Assembly: GCA_004211975.1 (NCBI GenBank)
Contig: RXIK01000115.1
Span: forward strand, 1-48,494
Direction: 5' to 3'
Source of the DNA: Methanosarcinales archaeon
Lineage (GTDB): Archaea; Halobacteriota; Methanosarcinia; Methanosarcinales; Methanogasteraceae
DNA length: 48,494 nucleotides
Shown here: in pieces, positions 39,317 to 48,494 of the stretch
How the letters are laid out: each line of letters opens with the position of its first letter
Position numbering within the stretch: the stretch's first letter is position 1
The notes under the pieces: model-generated
The model's database searches: none
Seen by the model: only the letters and a program-made list of their open reading frames with translations
What the model was told of the DNA's origin: nothing
Position numbers and translations under genes: made by a program

Positions 39317-39802
39317 ATGAAAAGACTGAATATAATGCTCTTACTTGTCCTGTGCATAGTACTCGTGTGCCCGGTTGCATCAGCGCACAGGGTGGTCGTG
39401 CAGGGCTATGTGAACGAGATCACGGTCAAGGCATATTACGGTGGGGGAGGCATGGACCCCATGGCTTATGCGGACGTCGAGATCTACGCAATCAAGGACG
39501 GGCAGAAAGATGAATTGTACATCACAGGCGAGACAGATGAGGATGGCATGTACTATTTTACACCGAAGATTGGCATATCCAAGTACAACGTAGAAGTTTC
39601 ATCTCTGGGACATAGAGGCAACGAGACTGTGAACCTTGCAGAAGGTGCAGGACTCTCAGACGCAGAGCAGAAAGAAGCAGAAGATGAGGCACAGCTGCCG
39701 CTCATGGAAATGATCGCTGGATTCGGGTATCTAACAGGACTTATCGGGGTATCAATGATCCTCACAGCCCGGAAGATGAAGAAACAACATGAAAACAAGT
39801 AA
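39317..39802 (+). CDS. NikL/CbiL-like ECF accessory protein
   Basis: Signal peptide then A|HRV. Motifs GETDEDG.Y.F and GHR. C-terminal TM AGFGYLTGLIG. Confidence 0.7.
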   Translation: MKRLNIMLLLVLCIVLVCPVASAHRVVVQGYVNEITVKAYYGGGGMDPMAYADVEIYAIKDGQKDELYITGETDEDGMYYFTPKIGISKYNVEVSSLGHRGNETVNLAEGAGLSDAEQKEAEDEAQLPLMEMIAGFGYLTGLIGVSMILTARKMKKQHENK

Positions 39803-39815
39803 CAGGAGGGAATAA

Positions 39816-40433
39816 ATGGTACACATATCAGACGGGGTTCTTGCGGAGTGGTTATGGGGTGGCGGCTGGGCGGTAACAGCCATAATCCTTGCGTATGCAC
39901 TCTCAAAAATGAAGACCGAGGATGTGCCACGACTTTCAGTCATCACAGCCGCGGTCTTTGTCTCATCACTCATCCACCTGTCAATTGGACCCACGAGTGT
40001 TCACTTCATATTAAACGGCTTTGCAGGCGTGATGCTCGGGATACTTGCGTATCCATGCATCTTTGTGGCGCTTGTCCTGCAGTGTTTCCTTTTCGGGCAT
40101 GGCGGAGTTACAACAATCGGGATCAACACCGTCAACATGGGCGTTCCCGCACTCGTTGCATACCTGATATTCAGAGCCGGAACCGGTCTTGACATCCGAC
40201 CGGAAACAAAGAGTGTGGCATCGCTGTTTGGCGCGATCGCAGGAGGGGTGGGTGTAGTGCTTGCGCTCCTGTTTCTTGCGGTGGAACTGATCACAACCGG
40301 CGAAGAGTTCATTGAGACAACGGTGCTTGTCATGAGCACGCACGTCCCGATCATCGCAGTCGAGGCGATCTTCACCGGAGTGATTGTCGGGTTCATCGCA
40401 ACAGTCGAACCTGAACTGTTCGGGAAGAAGTGA
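39816..40433 (+). CDS. cbiM: Ni/Co ECF transporter S component (NikM/CbiM)
   Basis: Motifs VHISDGVL, FVSSLIH, GPTSVH, LQCFLFGHGGVTTIGIN. Confidence 0.9.
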   Translation: MVHISDGVLAEWLWGGGWAVTAIILAYALSKMKTEDVPRLSVITAAVFVSSLIHLSIGPTSVHFILNGFAGVMLGILAYPCIFVALVLQCFLFGHGGVTTIGINTVNMGVPALVAYLIFRAGTGLDIRPETKSVASLFGAIAGGVGVVLALLFLAVELITTGEEFIETTVLVMSTHVPIIAVEAIFTGVIVGFIATVEPELFGKK

Positions 40434-40459
40434 TACGAGCGATATGGTAGTGATCCGGC

Positions 40460-41260
40460 ATGATTTCAGAGATCGATAGATATGCAAGTCTTTCCTCACC
40501 GATTCACCGGTGGGACCCACGTTTCAGGCTTGTATCAATCTTCACGCTGATATTCTCAGTCGTGCTTCTTTATAACCTGCAACTGGTCATAATCGGCATG
40601 ATATTCGCAGTTATTCTGACCTGCACATCAAAAATACCGTTTTCCTTCGTTCTCGCCCGCATGAAACTGGTATTCATCTTTGTGATACCATTCTTCATCA
40701 TTATCCCGTTCACAATCATAGGGACCGGGGTCGAGATAGCAAGCTTCAGCGGAATCACGCTGAGTTACAGAGGGATCGAATACGTCCTGTTCGCAGCGAT
40801 GATTGTGCTAAAAGCTCTCACCGCCGTGATGCTGATCTTCCCGATGATTGGCACATCCCGGATGGACATCACGATCAAGGCACTTGAGGGTCTGCACCTG
40901 CCAAACAAGCTGGTCCAGATGTTCGCATTCACATACAGGTACATCTTTGTGCTGGATGATGAATTCATGCGGACAGATCGTGCGCTTGCAGCAAGAGGAT
41001 TTAAAAAACGAGGCAACATGTACACACTCACAACAGTCAGCAAGGCGATTGCGATGCTCTTTGTGAAGAGCTACGAACGAGCGGACCGCGTATTCTATGC
41101 GATGCGATCGAAGGGTTACACAGGAACAATCGCCACACTCCATGAATTTCACGCAAGAAAACAGGACTGGGTCAACACAGCAGTCGTCATCGGGTTCGCG
41201 CTTCTTTTGCAGGTAGCAGCAACATCTGACACGTTCATCGCAACAAGAGGTTTTATATGA
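40460..41260 (+). CDS. cbiQ: Ni/Co ECF transporter T component
   Basis: Motifs SPIHRWDPR, TYRYIFVL, ARGF, SYERADRVFYAMRSKGY. Confidence 0.92.
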   Translation: MISEIDRYASLSSPIHRWDPRFRLVSIFTLIFSVVLLYNLQLVIIGMIFAVILTCTSKIPFSFVLARMKLVFIFVIPFFIIIPFTIIGTGVEIASFSGITLSYRGIEYVLFAAMIVLKALTAVMLIFPMIGTSRMDITIKALEGLHLPNKLVQMFAFTYRYIFVLDDEFMRTDRALAARGFKKRGNMYTLTTVSKAIAMLFVKSYERADRVFYAMRSKGYTGTIATLHEFHARKQDWVNTAVVIGFALLLQVAATSDTFIATRGFI

Positions 41261-42189
41261 CCGATAAAGCGACAAAAGCTGCGATACACGTCCACAACCT
41301 AAATTACGCGTATCCTGATGGAACGGTTGCACTCGAGCAAGTCTCATTCGAGATACAGAAGGGTGAATCCATAGCACTCGTCGGACCAAACGGCGCAGGC
41401 AAATCAACACTCATCCTGCATTTAAACGGCATTCTGCATAGCAACAAATCACGCGGAGCAGTTAAGATCCTTGGCGAACCCATCGATCCAAAAAAAGTGC
41501 ACAAGATGCCGAGAAAGATCGGGATCGTCTTCCAGGACCCTGATGACATGCTCTTTATGCCGCTTCTCTTCGACGACGTTGCATTTGGTCCAATTAACCT
41601 CGGCTTTGCGAAAACTGAGGTGAACCGACGGGTCAAGGAATCGCTTGAGCGGGTCGGGCTTGCCGGCTACGAGACCCGAGTCTCACACCATTTGAGCGGC
41701 GGCGAGAAGAAGCGAGCTGCGATCGCAACGGTTCTCTCAATGAATCCTGAGATCATAGCGATGGACGAGCCCACCGCAAACCTGGACCCAAAAAGCAGAG
41801 CTGAACTGATAGAGATTCTGAAGGGGCTGAAAAACGAAGGAAAAACCCTTATCATCATCACCCACGACGTGAACGCCATCCCCGAACTTGCAGAACGCGT
41901 CATCGTCCTCAACAAGACGGTTGTTGCGGACGGAACCACCCGCGAGGTCTTCGCAGATACGGAGATGCTTCTGGCGGCAGGACTCGAGGTCCCAACGATC
42001 ATGCAGTTCTTTGAGGTGCTTCAGGCGTTTGGGTACCCGTGCGATGTGCTCCCGCTATCACTTGAGGACGCGGTCAGGAACCTGACACAGACAATCGAGA
42101 ACGGATCCGGGCACGTACACCTGCATATTCACAAGCACACGCACAGCGAGGTTAATTCTTCCAGAAACAAGCATCAGCATCACCGCTAA
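41257..42189 (+). CDS. cbiO: Ni/Co ECF transporter ATPase with a His-rich tail
   Basis: Motifs GPNGAGKST, FQDPDD, LSGGEKKR, DEPT, THD. C-terminal HVHLHIHKHTH...KHQHHR. Confidence 0.92.
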   Translation: MTDKATKAAIHVHNLNYAYPDGTVALEQVSFEIQKGESIALVGPNGAGKSTLILHLNGILHSNKSRGAVKILGEPIDPKKVHKMPRKIGIVFQDPDDMLFMPLLFDDVAFGPINLGFAKTEVNRRVKESLERVGLAGYETRVSHHLSGGEKKRAAIATVLSMNPEIIAMDEPTANLDPKSRAELIEILKGLKNEGKTLIIITHDVNAIPELAERVIVLNKTVVADGTTREVFADTEMLLAAGLEVPTIMQFFEVLQAFGYPCDVLPLSLEDAVRNLTQTIENGSGHVHLHIHKHTHSEVNSSRNKHQHHR

Positions 42190-42341
42190 TGATTGCGCGA
42201 TCACAACTACCCGGGCAGTACTCCGGATTATCACACAGAGATCGGGGGCGTTCACGACATTTGGTGTTGTGCACACCTGACTTACATGGACGCTTATATA
42301 AGGAGGGATTCTGATTTAATATCTGGGGGATAGGGAACTTA

Positions 42342-42468
42342 GTGCTTACCGAAAAATAAAGTAGCAAAGTTGGCTGATGTCACGCTACATCCCCGACATT
42401 CGTGCGATTCGTTCATTCGTGCCATTCGTGATCCTTTATGCTGATTTTATCACTTTTCTGGCAAGCCC
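42342..42468 (-). mobile_element. MITE family B, copy 2 (127 bp, inverted relative to copy 1)
   Basis: Reverse complement matches 35571-35740 except for a 43-bp deletion and one substitution. 3-bp TSD TTA at 42339-42341 and 42469-42471. Confidence 0.88.
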
Positions 42469-42517
42469 TTAGGAAAAAAGATGGATATCTGACAAATATG
42501 GATTCAGGAGAGAAAAT

Positions 42518-42965
42518 ATGGTCAAGCACTATCAGCACACACAAATCGGATATTTACTTATAATTGCGTTAACCATCGTGCCGCTTTTCTTTGCGTATCG
42601 CATGATTGTTCATGGTTTCAGTTGGATTGAGTTTTCAGTCATAGTTCTCATTGGGGGTTTTCTGGTGTTATTCGCCACGATGACTGTGGTGATTGAGGAA
42701 GATGTTCTACGAATTCGATTTGGACCCGGGAGTGCTCCGAAAGAATTTTTCCTTGAAAGACGTTGAATCATGCCATGTCGTGAAGAATCCCTGGTACTAT
42801 GGATGGGGAATTCATATAACCCCTCACGGTTGGCTCTATAATGTTTCTGGCTCTTATGCCGTTGAAATTAAGATGAAAACGGGTACGAAATATAGAATTG
42901 GCACCGATGTTCCGGATGACCTTGAGACAGCTATTCGACAATCGCTGGAGAGAACGGTGAAGTGA
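42518..42965 (+). pseudogene. Frameshifted small membrane protein (two TM helices plus a YGWGI...YNVSG domain)
   Basis: ORFs 42518-42766 and 42693-42965 join into one coherent protein with a single +1 shift at GGACCCGGGAGTG (about 42722-42734). It could also be a sequencing error. Confidence 0.65.
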
Positions 42966-43078
42966 CGGCATATAAGCAAGTGTTTGCAGTTCGCAACGCT
43001 TCACCAAAATGCCGGCGACACAACCACATTCGCAAAAACGTTATCAAGCTCCGCGCCAACCCAAACGAGCCTGATACC

Positions 43079-45640
43079 TTACTCTTCCATATTGTTCTCA
43101 GGGTGTCTATCAACCATTTCCACAGCAACCGCATGGTCGTCCGCATCCACTACTGCCGCATCTCGATCTCGCAGCTTTCCGATTCTTGCAACTGCGACTG
43201 CCCGATCCCCTTTGTTAAGTCGCATGATCCTGACGCCCTGCGTGTTTCGCCCCTGCATCCTGATATCGCGCACAGGAATCCGGATGATGTTTCCTTTCTG
43301 GCTGGTGACAAGGAGTTCGTCATCATCATAAACGGTTTTGATCGCTATCACAAGCCCGTTTCGCAGACTCTGGATTATTGTGATGATTCCCTTTCCGCCG
43401 CGTCTTGTGATGCGGTATTCATCAAATTCTGTCCGCTTCCCATATCCATTCTCAGTCAAGGTCAGGAGCGCAGCGTTCTCCTCTACAATCCCCATAGCAA
43501 CGACATAGTCGTCAGCCGAAAGACGGATTCCGCGAACGCCACGTGCAGCTCTGCCCATGCTGCGAACATCCGGAGCATGGAACCGGATCGCCTTTGCATG
43601 TGCGGTGCCGATTATGAGGTCATTAGAATCGTTGACTCGCCTCACCGAGACCAGTTCGTCGTCTTCATCCAGTTTGATTGCAATGATCCCGCTTTTTCGG
43701 GGGCGGCTGAACTCTGATAGCGGCGTTCGCTTGATAATTCCGCGTTTTGTCGCCATTGCAAGATAATGCTCGGAATCAAATTCGGCAACCTTGACAAACG
43801 CCGTGACGCTCTCGTTGCCGGACAGTTCCAGAAGATTCACGATCGCCTTTCCTTTTGACTGCCTGCTCCCCTCCGGAATCCGGTAGACCTTGAGCCAGTG
43901 AATCCGCCCCTTATTTGTGAAAAACAGGATGTAATTGTGAGTATTTGCGGTGAAGATGTCCTCAACGACGTCCTCTTCCTTTGTTCCCATGCCGATGACC
44001 CCGCGTCCACCACGCCCTTGCTTCCGGTACGTGTCAAGGGGCACGCGCTTGATGTAGCCGGTGTTTGAGATCGTGAGGATCACGTCCTCAGACGGGATTA
44101 AGTCCTCATCCTCAAACTCTTCGTGCGCCTCCAGGATCTCGGTTCTCCGCGGGTCTGCGTACTTATCCTTAATCGTAAGAAGCTCCTCTTTTATCAGGTC
44201 AAGGACTTTCTGCGGGTTTGCAAGAACGTCACGCAGGAATGCGGTCGTCTCTTCGAGCGCCGCATATTCAGTCTCGAGTTTCTCGCGCTCAATCCCTGTT
44301 AAGCGGCGGAGCTGCATCTCCAGAATTGCTTTTGCCTGCACCTCGGAGAGCCCGAAGTTCAAGATTAATCCTTCTCGTGCCGCTTCCGCCGTCTTCGATG
44401 ATCGGATCAGCTTGATCACAGCATCGATGCTGTCAAGCGCAATCTTCAGCCCGTCAAGGATGTGCAGCCGGTCTTCCGCCTTCTTAAGATCGTGCTTGCT
44501 TCTCCTAACGATTATCTCCTTTCTATGATCGATGTAACACTGTATAAGCCCTTTTAACGGGAGAACTTTTGGCTCGCCGTCCACCAGCACAAGGTTGATG
44601 ATTCCAAAGGTGCTCTTCAGTTGCGTGTGCTTGTGCAACTGGTTCAGGATAACCTGCGAGTTTGCACTCTTCTTAAGATCGATTACAACCCTGATCCCGT
44701 CCTTGTCTGACTCATCCCTCAAATCAGAGATTCCCTCGATCTTCTTATCCTTCACAAGATCCGCGATGCTCTCAACAAGTTTCGCCTTGTTCACACGGTA
44801 TGGAAGCTCGGTTACGATGATTCGCTCCCTGTCCTTCCGCGTTTCAATCTCAGTTCTTGCAACCATGCCCACAATACCGCGCCCGGTCGTGTACGCAGCC
44901 CTGACCCCGGAAAGCCCGGTTATCGCAGCCGCAGTCGGGAAATCGGGCGCCTTGATAAGTGTCATCAGTTCATCAACGGTCGCATCAGGGTTGTCGATCA
45001 CATGAACGATCCCGTCCACAGTTTCGCCAAGGTTGTGCGGCGGCATGTTGGTCGCCATGCCAACAGCAATTCCAGTGGAGCCGTTAATCAGGAGATTCGG
45101 GAGGAGCGCGGGGAGAACAGAGGGTTCTTTCAAGGAATCATCATAGTTCGGGACGAAATCAACGGTCTCCTTGGTTATGTCAACAAGGATTTCTTCTGCG
45201 ATCTTCGCCATCCGAGCCTCGGTGTATCGCATGGCTGCGGCTGAGTCGCCGTCGATTGAACCCCAGTTTCCTTGCCCGTCGATAAGCGGATACCGGAGCG
45301 AAAACTCCTGCGCCATCCGAACAATCGTTTCATAGATCGCAGCATCGCCATGCGGGTGGTACCTGCCCATCACGTCACCGACGATGCGTGCCGATTTGCG
45401 GTGCGGCTTCGTTGATACAACCCCACCCTCAAGCATCGCATACAGGATGCGGCGGTGCACAGGCTTCAAGCCATCACGAACATCAGGAAGCGCACGCCCA
45501 ACAATCACGCTCATCGCATAATCAAGATACGAAGACTTCAGCTCCTCAGTGATTGCGACCTGACGGACCCTGGCAGCTGGCTCAGCTGGTGACAGGGGGT
45601 CGGGTTGGACGGTGGTTTGAAGGTCGGGCGATGTGGTCAT
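43079..45640 (-). CDS. gyrA: DNA gyrase subunit A
   Basis: Motifs [30 protein letters not shown], GyrA-box QGRGGRG, C-terminal beta-pinwheel repeats. Confidence 0.97.
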   Translation of the reverse strand: MTTSPDLQTTVQPDPLSPAEPAARVRQVAITEELKSSYLDYAMSVIVGRALPDVRDGLKPVHRRILYAMLEGGVVSTKPHRKSARIVGDVMGRYHPHGDAAIYETIVRMAQEFSLRYPLIDGQGNWGSIDGDSAAAMRYTEARMAKIAEEILVDITKETVDFVPNYDDSLKEPSVLPALLPNLLINGSTGIAVGMATNMPPHNLGETVDGIVHVIDNPDATVDELMTLIKAPDFPTAAAITGLSGVRAAYTTGRGIVGMVARTEIETRKDRERIIVTELPYRVNKAKLVESIADLVKDKKIEGISDLRDESDKDGIRVVIDLKKSANSQVILNQLHKHTQLKSTFGIINLVLVDGEPKVLPLKGLIQCYIDHRKEIIVRRSKHDLKKAEDRLHILDGLKIALDSIDAVIKLIRSSKTAEAAREGLILNFGLSEVQAKAILEMQLRRLTGIEREKLETEYAALEETTAFLRDVLANPQKVLDLIKEELLTIKDKYADPRRTEILEAHEEFEDEDLIPSEDVILTISNTGYIKRVPLDTYRKQGRGGRGVIGMGTKEEDVVEDIFTANTHNYILFFTNKGRIHWLKVYRIPEGSRQSKGKAIVNLLELSGNESVTAFVKVAEFDSEHYLAMATKRGIIKRTPLSEFSRPRKSGIIAIKLDEDDELVSVRRVNDSNDLIIGTAHAKAIRFHAPDVRSMGRAARGVRGIRLSADDYVVAMGIVEENAALLTLTENGYGKRTEFDEYRITRRGGKGIITIIQSLRNGLVIAIKTVYDDDELLVTSQKGNIIRIPVRDIRMQGRNTQGVRIMRLNKGDRAVAVARIGKLRDRDAAVVDADDHAVAVEMVDRHPENNMEE

Positions 45641-45941
45641 TATAGTCTATGTAATATGTTGTCCTGTTACGACTTAAGTATTATCAAGACGAGAAAATAT
45701 AACCTTAAAACAATAGAAATATCTTTATGAACTGTGACTCTTTGATATTGGTCCATATAGGTTCTCGCCAAGCACTTGTAAACTTTATAGATAGAAGAAT
45801 AAAAAATACATGAGGACGTTGGTCGATGATCCTGAGGGAATTTACATGAGAATACAAAAAAGTATGCGTTCAGTCCCCCACCTAACCACCCACTCGAGGG
45901 TTAGTTTTCGTACCGGCATGTACAATTGAACTGGTGCGGTG

Positions 45942-45981
45942 GCGATTCATCCCCCCTGTCGGAAGGGGGGGGGGTTTCGCC
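45942..45981. mobile_element. Possible IS200/IS605-family end hairpin remnant
   Basis: GCGATTCATCCCCCC-TGTCGGAA-GGGGGGGGGGTTTCGCC resembles IS200/IS605 subterminal palindromes. No tnpA or tnpB ORF is present. Confidence 0.3.
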
Positions 45982-46003
45982 AAGGGGTTAAATTTGTAGC
46001 GGT

Positions 46004-47212
46004 TTACTGGGGATCAACAATTGCCTCCCCTGCTTTACAGATCGCATATTTCGACAGGGGTGGTGCAATGAGTTCGTTTATGATGGTTGATGCCAGTACC
46101 GCATTTAACATCACATTCCCAAAGCTAGGAAATTGTATGGATGCCATAAGAACCAGACCTATAGCAACCCCTGCTGTCGGTAATAGCGCAAAACCCAGAT
46201 AATTTTTCACGCTATCCGGTGCGTGGGAAATCTTGGCACCTGCTCTTACCCCCATGTATTTACCCAGACATCTGGTTATGACTATCAACAGCGTCAGTAT
46301 ACCAGCAGATTTCATCACACTTAAATCAAAGTGCAATCCTGCCAGTACAAAAAATATCACATAAACCACGTCCCCAATTTCTTCGATTACACTAAACAGT
46401 TCTCTTCTCTTCATCTTATTTACTATGATAAAGCCTGCAATCATATTAGCTATGATCAATGAGAGACCCATGTAACTAGCAACGCCAGTACACAGCAAGA
46501 TCATTCCGAAAACCACGACCAATAACAATTCGCGAGTTCTCGCAAGTCCAATCAGATACATCAAAACAATGGCAAAAATGACACCAATTGCTACAGATCC
46601 AAATATATTTAAAAGAGGAATGCCAAGCATCTTGTAGAGGGACATACTTTCAGCAGTATTCACCAGTGGTCGGGATATGCCTGAAGCGATAGCAAATGCT
46701 ATGACCGCAATTACATCATCAAGCCCAACCACCGCCAGCAGCGTTGTGGTGAAAGGTCCTTTCGCTTTGTATTCACTGATTATCGCCATTGTTGCTGCCG
46801 GAGCAGTTGCACAGGATATCGCACCTATGATAAAAGCCATGGGAAAATAAGTCTGCCAGAACGTTTCGCCTGGAAGGATTAAACTGCCCAAACTGGCTAA
46901 AACCAGGGTAACCAGAAACCACGCCCCCAGACTTTCAAAAGGTACTATCCAGGTGATGTTCTTCGCTAATCGTTGTAAGTCCGCCCAGTGAAGACTGCCA
47001 CCGATTAAATATGCGATAATTCCGAGAGCAACGTCAGTAATTAAATTCAACTCCCCTACAGTCTCTCTTGGTATTATGTTCAGAAGGGAAGGACTCAACA
47101 AGACACCGATGATGATATAGCCAGTAATCATAGGAAATTTGAGTTTTGTCGATGCTAACCCACCGAAAAAACCGGCAAAGATCATTATTCCAACTGCTAA
47201 TATCAAGTTCAT
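46004..47212 (-). CDS. Cation:proton antiporter (CPA superfamily)
   Basis: About 12 TM helices. Motifs P.ITGYII.G, ATAPAAT, VGLDD, FFVLAG, AGVAIGL. Confidence 0.9.
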   Translation of the reverse strand: MNLILAVGIMIFAGFFGGLASTKLKFPMITGYIIIGVLLSPSLLNIIPRETVGELNLITDVALGIIAYLIGGSLHWADLQRLAKNITWIVPFESLGAWFLVTLVLASLGSLILPGETFWQTYFPMAFIIGAISCATAPAATMAIISEYKAKGPFTTTLLAVVGLDDVIAVIAFAIASGISRPLVNTAESMSLYKMLGIPLLNIFGSVAIGVIFAIVLMYLIGLARTRELLLVVVFGMILLCTGVASYMGLSLIIANMIAGFIIVNKMKRRELFSVIEEIGDVVYVIFFVLAGLHFDLSVMKSAGILTLLIVITRCLGKYMGVRAGAKISHAPDSVKNYLGFALLPTAGVAIGLVLMASIQFPSFGNVMLNAVLASTIINELIAPPLSKYAICKAGEAIVDPQ

Positions 47213-47231
47213 CGCTTTTAAGACCTTTGTT

Positions 47232-47774
47232 TTATTCCTTGCTGAAGGTTTTTATGAACTCATAAAATTTTCCTATCAGGTGATGCAGCGTTATCTCCCC
47301 TATTATTTCATCATTTTCTACCACTGGAACTTTTGTTATTCTATTGCACACCATGCTATTCAACGCGTCTTCCACTTTGTCATCAGGTTCACATTTTATC
47401 GGATTTTCTGACATGATCTGTTCCGCTTTTTCAAAGGTTTCATAATGTAAAGATCTTTTATCTGGTAATCCAAAGTACAAAACTTTTTTTGCTGGAGAAA
47501 AAATATTTAAAATGTCGTGTTCTGTTATTATTCCTACCAGCTTTCTGCACCCTTTACTTTCAACAACCCAGACATGATCTCTTTCAGCCAAGATGGATAA
47601 AACGCTGTCTATGCTCGCATCTTCTTCTATCAAGGGCAGATCATCCCCCCGCTTACCCATGATATCCTTAGCAGGGATTTCGTGAAATTCCGGTATCAAC
47701 TTTCTCCCTCCTGTTACTGTTTCGTAAAACGAATTTCCGATCTCACCCGGGTATGTATTTCCGTCCTCTGACAT
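47232..47774 (-). CDS. CBS-domain pair protein, likely antiporter regulator
   Basis: Motifs AKDIM, LVGIITEHDIL, AEQIMSENPI, VPVVENDEIIGEIT. Lies 19 nt upstream of the antiporter. Confidence 0.85.
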   Translation of the reverse strand: MSEDGNTYPGEIGNSFYETVTGGRKLIPEFHEIPAKDIMGKRGDDLPLIEEDASIDSVLSILAERDHVWVVESKGCRKLVGIITEHDILNIFSPAKKVLYFGLPDKRSLHYETFEKAEQIMSENPIKCEPDDKVEDALNSMVCNRITKVPVVENDEIIGEITLHHLIGKFYEFIKTFSKE

Positions 47775-47819
47775 AGGAAAAAATGTCTCAATGGTATAAA
47801 ACACTTTTGCCAGAATAAT

Positions 47820-48104
47820 GCTCTGGGACGAAATTCACATACACACTCTGCGCCAGTACGGCACCACAGCACCCAGAACCTCCGGACACCCCACTCTTCG
47901 GATATTATGCCCCACAAGCTTAGAGCCGCGTCTCAGTTTTCTTCCGTGAGTCGAGTCACTTCCTCAAGCGGCTGCGCCAAACCGGCATTTCACCATTGAG
48001 TTAACCGTTTCCAAGATCGAACGCATACAATAATTTTTCTAACCACTCCTGAGGATCTTTCCAGAGCAAATATTGCAGGTTACACCATCCAAGAGCCCCA
48101 ATAC
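47820..48104 (-). pseudogene. Degraded C-terminus of a DDE transposase (IS5-like/ISNCY) with a probable element end
   Basis: Across frameshifts: WKDPQEWLE / YCMRSILETVNSMVKCRFG / LRK*LDSRKKTETRL / KLVGHNIRR, i.e. a Y-x2-R-x3-E-x6-K signature. Putative end GCTCTGGGACGAAA at 47820. Confidence 0.65.
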
Positions 48105-48351
48105 GAGACTTTTTAATTTGTTCTGGTCGGTTGAACAACATGATACCAATTCTGCAAACAGTGGCATGATATGACTTCCGAGATCAGTGTAATCAGTGTT
48201 AATCTGTGGCAAATAAAACTTTTAGCCACAGATTAACACTGATTTCACAGATTAACGATATAAATAACTTTTCAGATCGATAGCGCTCAATTTGTATCGG
48301 TTGTGCTTACACAAGACAACCCCGGGTAACCAGAAAATAATAAAAAGTCTC
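48105..48351. mobile_element. MITE family A, copy 2 (247 bp), carrying an internal palindrome
   Basis: Same TIRs and body as 22784-22959 plus ~70 extra bp. No intact TSD. Confidence 0.85.
48182..48254. repeat. REP-like periodic palindrome inserted in MITE A
   Basis: Perfect 20-bp stem AATCAGTGTTAATCTGTGGC (48191-48210) / GCCACAGATTAACACTGATT (48225-48244) with a 14-nt loop. Absent from copy 1. Confidence 0.85.
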
Positions 48352-48494
48352 ACAATTTGATCAGAGAATTGAAAGCTATACTCGGCACCGGCATAAACTG
48401 CGCTTTTTTTCAGTGGTAGAACGTAACTACTCAGGTACCTAAAACCACTATCAGGGGACTTCGCTATGCAGGAACTATCCGGGATGTGGTGAAT

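Noticed and set aside
37863-42287. 13-bp inverted match ATGTAAGTCAGGT (37863) / ACCTGACTTACAT (42275) flanking the ECF operon
   Set aside because: Several 13-mer inverted matches are expected by chance in 48 kb, and there is no TSD or extension. Worth revisiting only if conserved in relatives.
42962-43717. 251-aa plus-strand ORF
   Set aside because: Antisense shadow of the gyrA C-terminal domain.

Overview
Archaeal chromosomal window, most likely Methanosarcinales and probably an ANME-2-type methanotroph. That is inferred from the Methanosarcina-like A1AO c-subunit, TFB, TgtA, type A RNase P RNA, GyrA, and dockerin/PGF-CTERM surface proteins. Left to right: (1) a membrane protein carrying a self-nested ~70-85 aa module; (2) four cell-surface proteins built from molybdopterin-oxidoreductase-like domains, with different anchors, ending in a WtpA-like tungstate/molybdate-binding protein with no adjacent permease or ATPase; (3) a divergent trehalose/glycoside locus (treT, DUF5752, two GT4, GH65 phosphorylase, beta-PGM); (4) rpoL, a split ATP synthase operon (H-I-K-E) coupled to pyrH, gar1-tfb and cmk; (5) a reshuffled FIST/PAS/GAF histidine-kinase cluster abutting the rnpB 3' end; (6) a methyltransferase and tgtA; (7) a dead IS91-like transposase hit by two small elements; (8) a nicotianamine-synthase-like gene divergent from a NikKLMQO-type Ni/Co ECF operon; (9) gyrA without gyrB, a cation:proton antiporter with a CBS partner, and transposase debris. 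Two MITE families with target duplications, periodic palindromes and a covarying two-hairpin repeat are visible. The best candidates for undescribed systems are the surface Mo/W(-pterin) array and the metallophore-synthase plus ECF nickel module. All family calls come from motif recognition by eye, with no database searches. No CRISPR array, tRNA or rRNA was seen.
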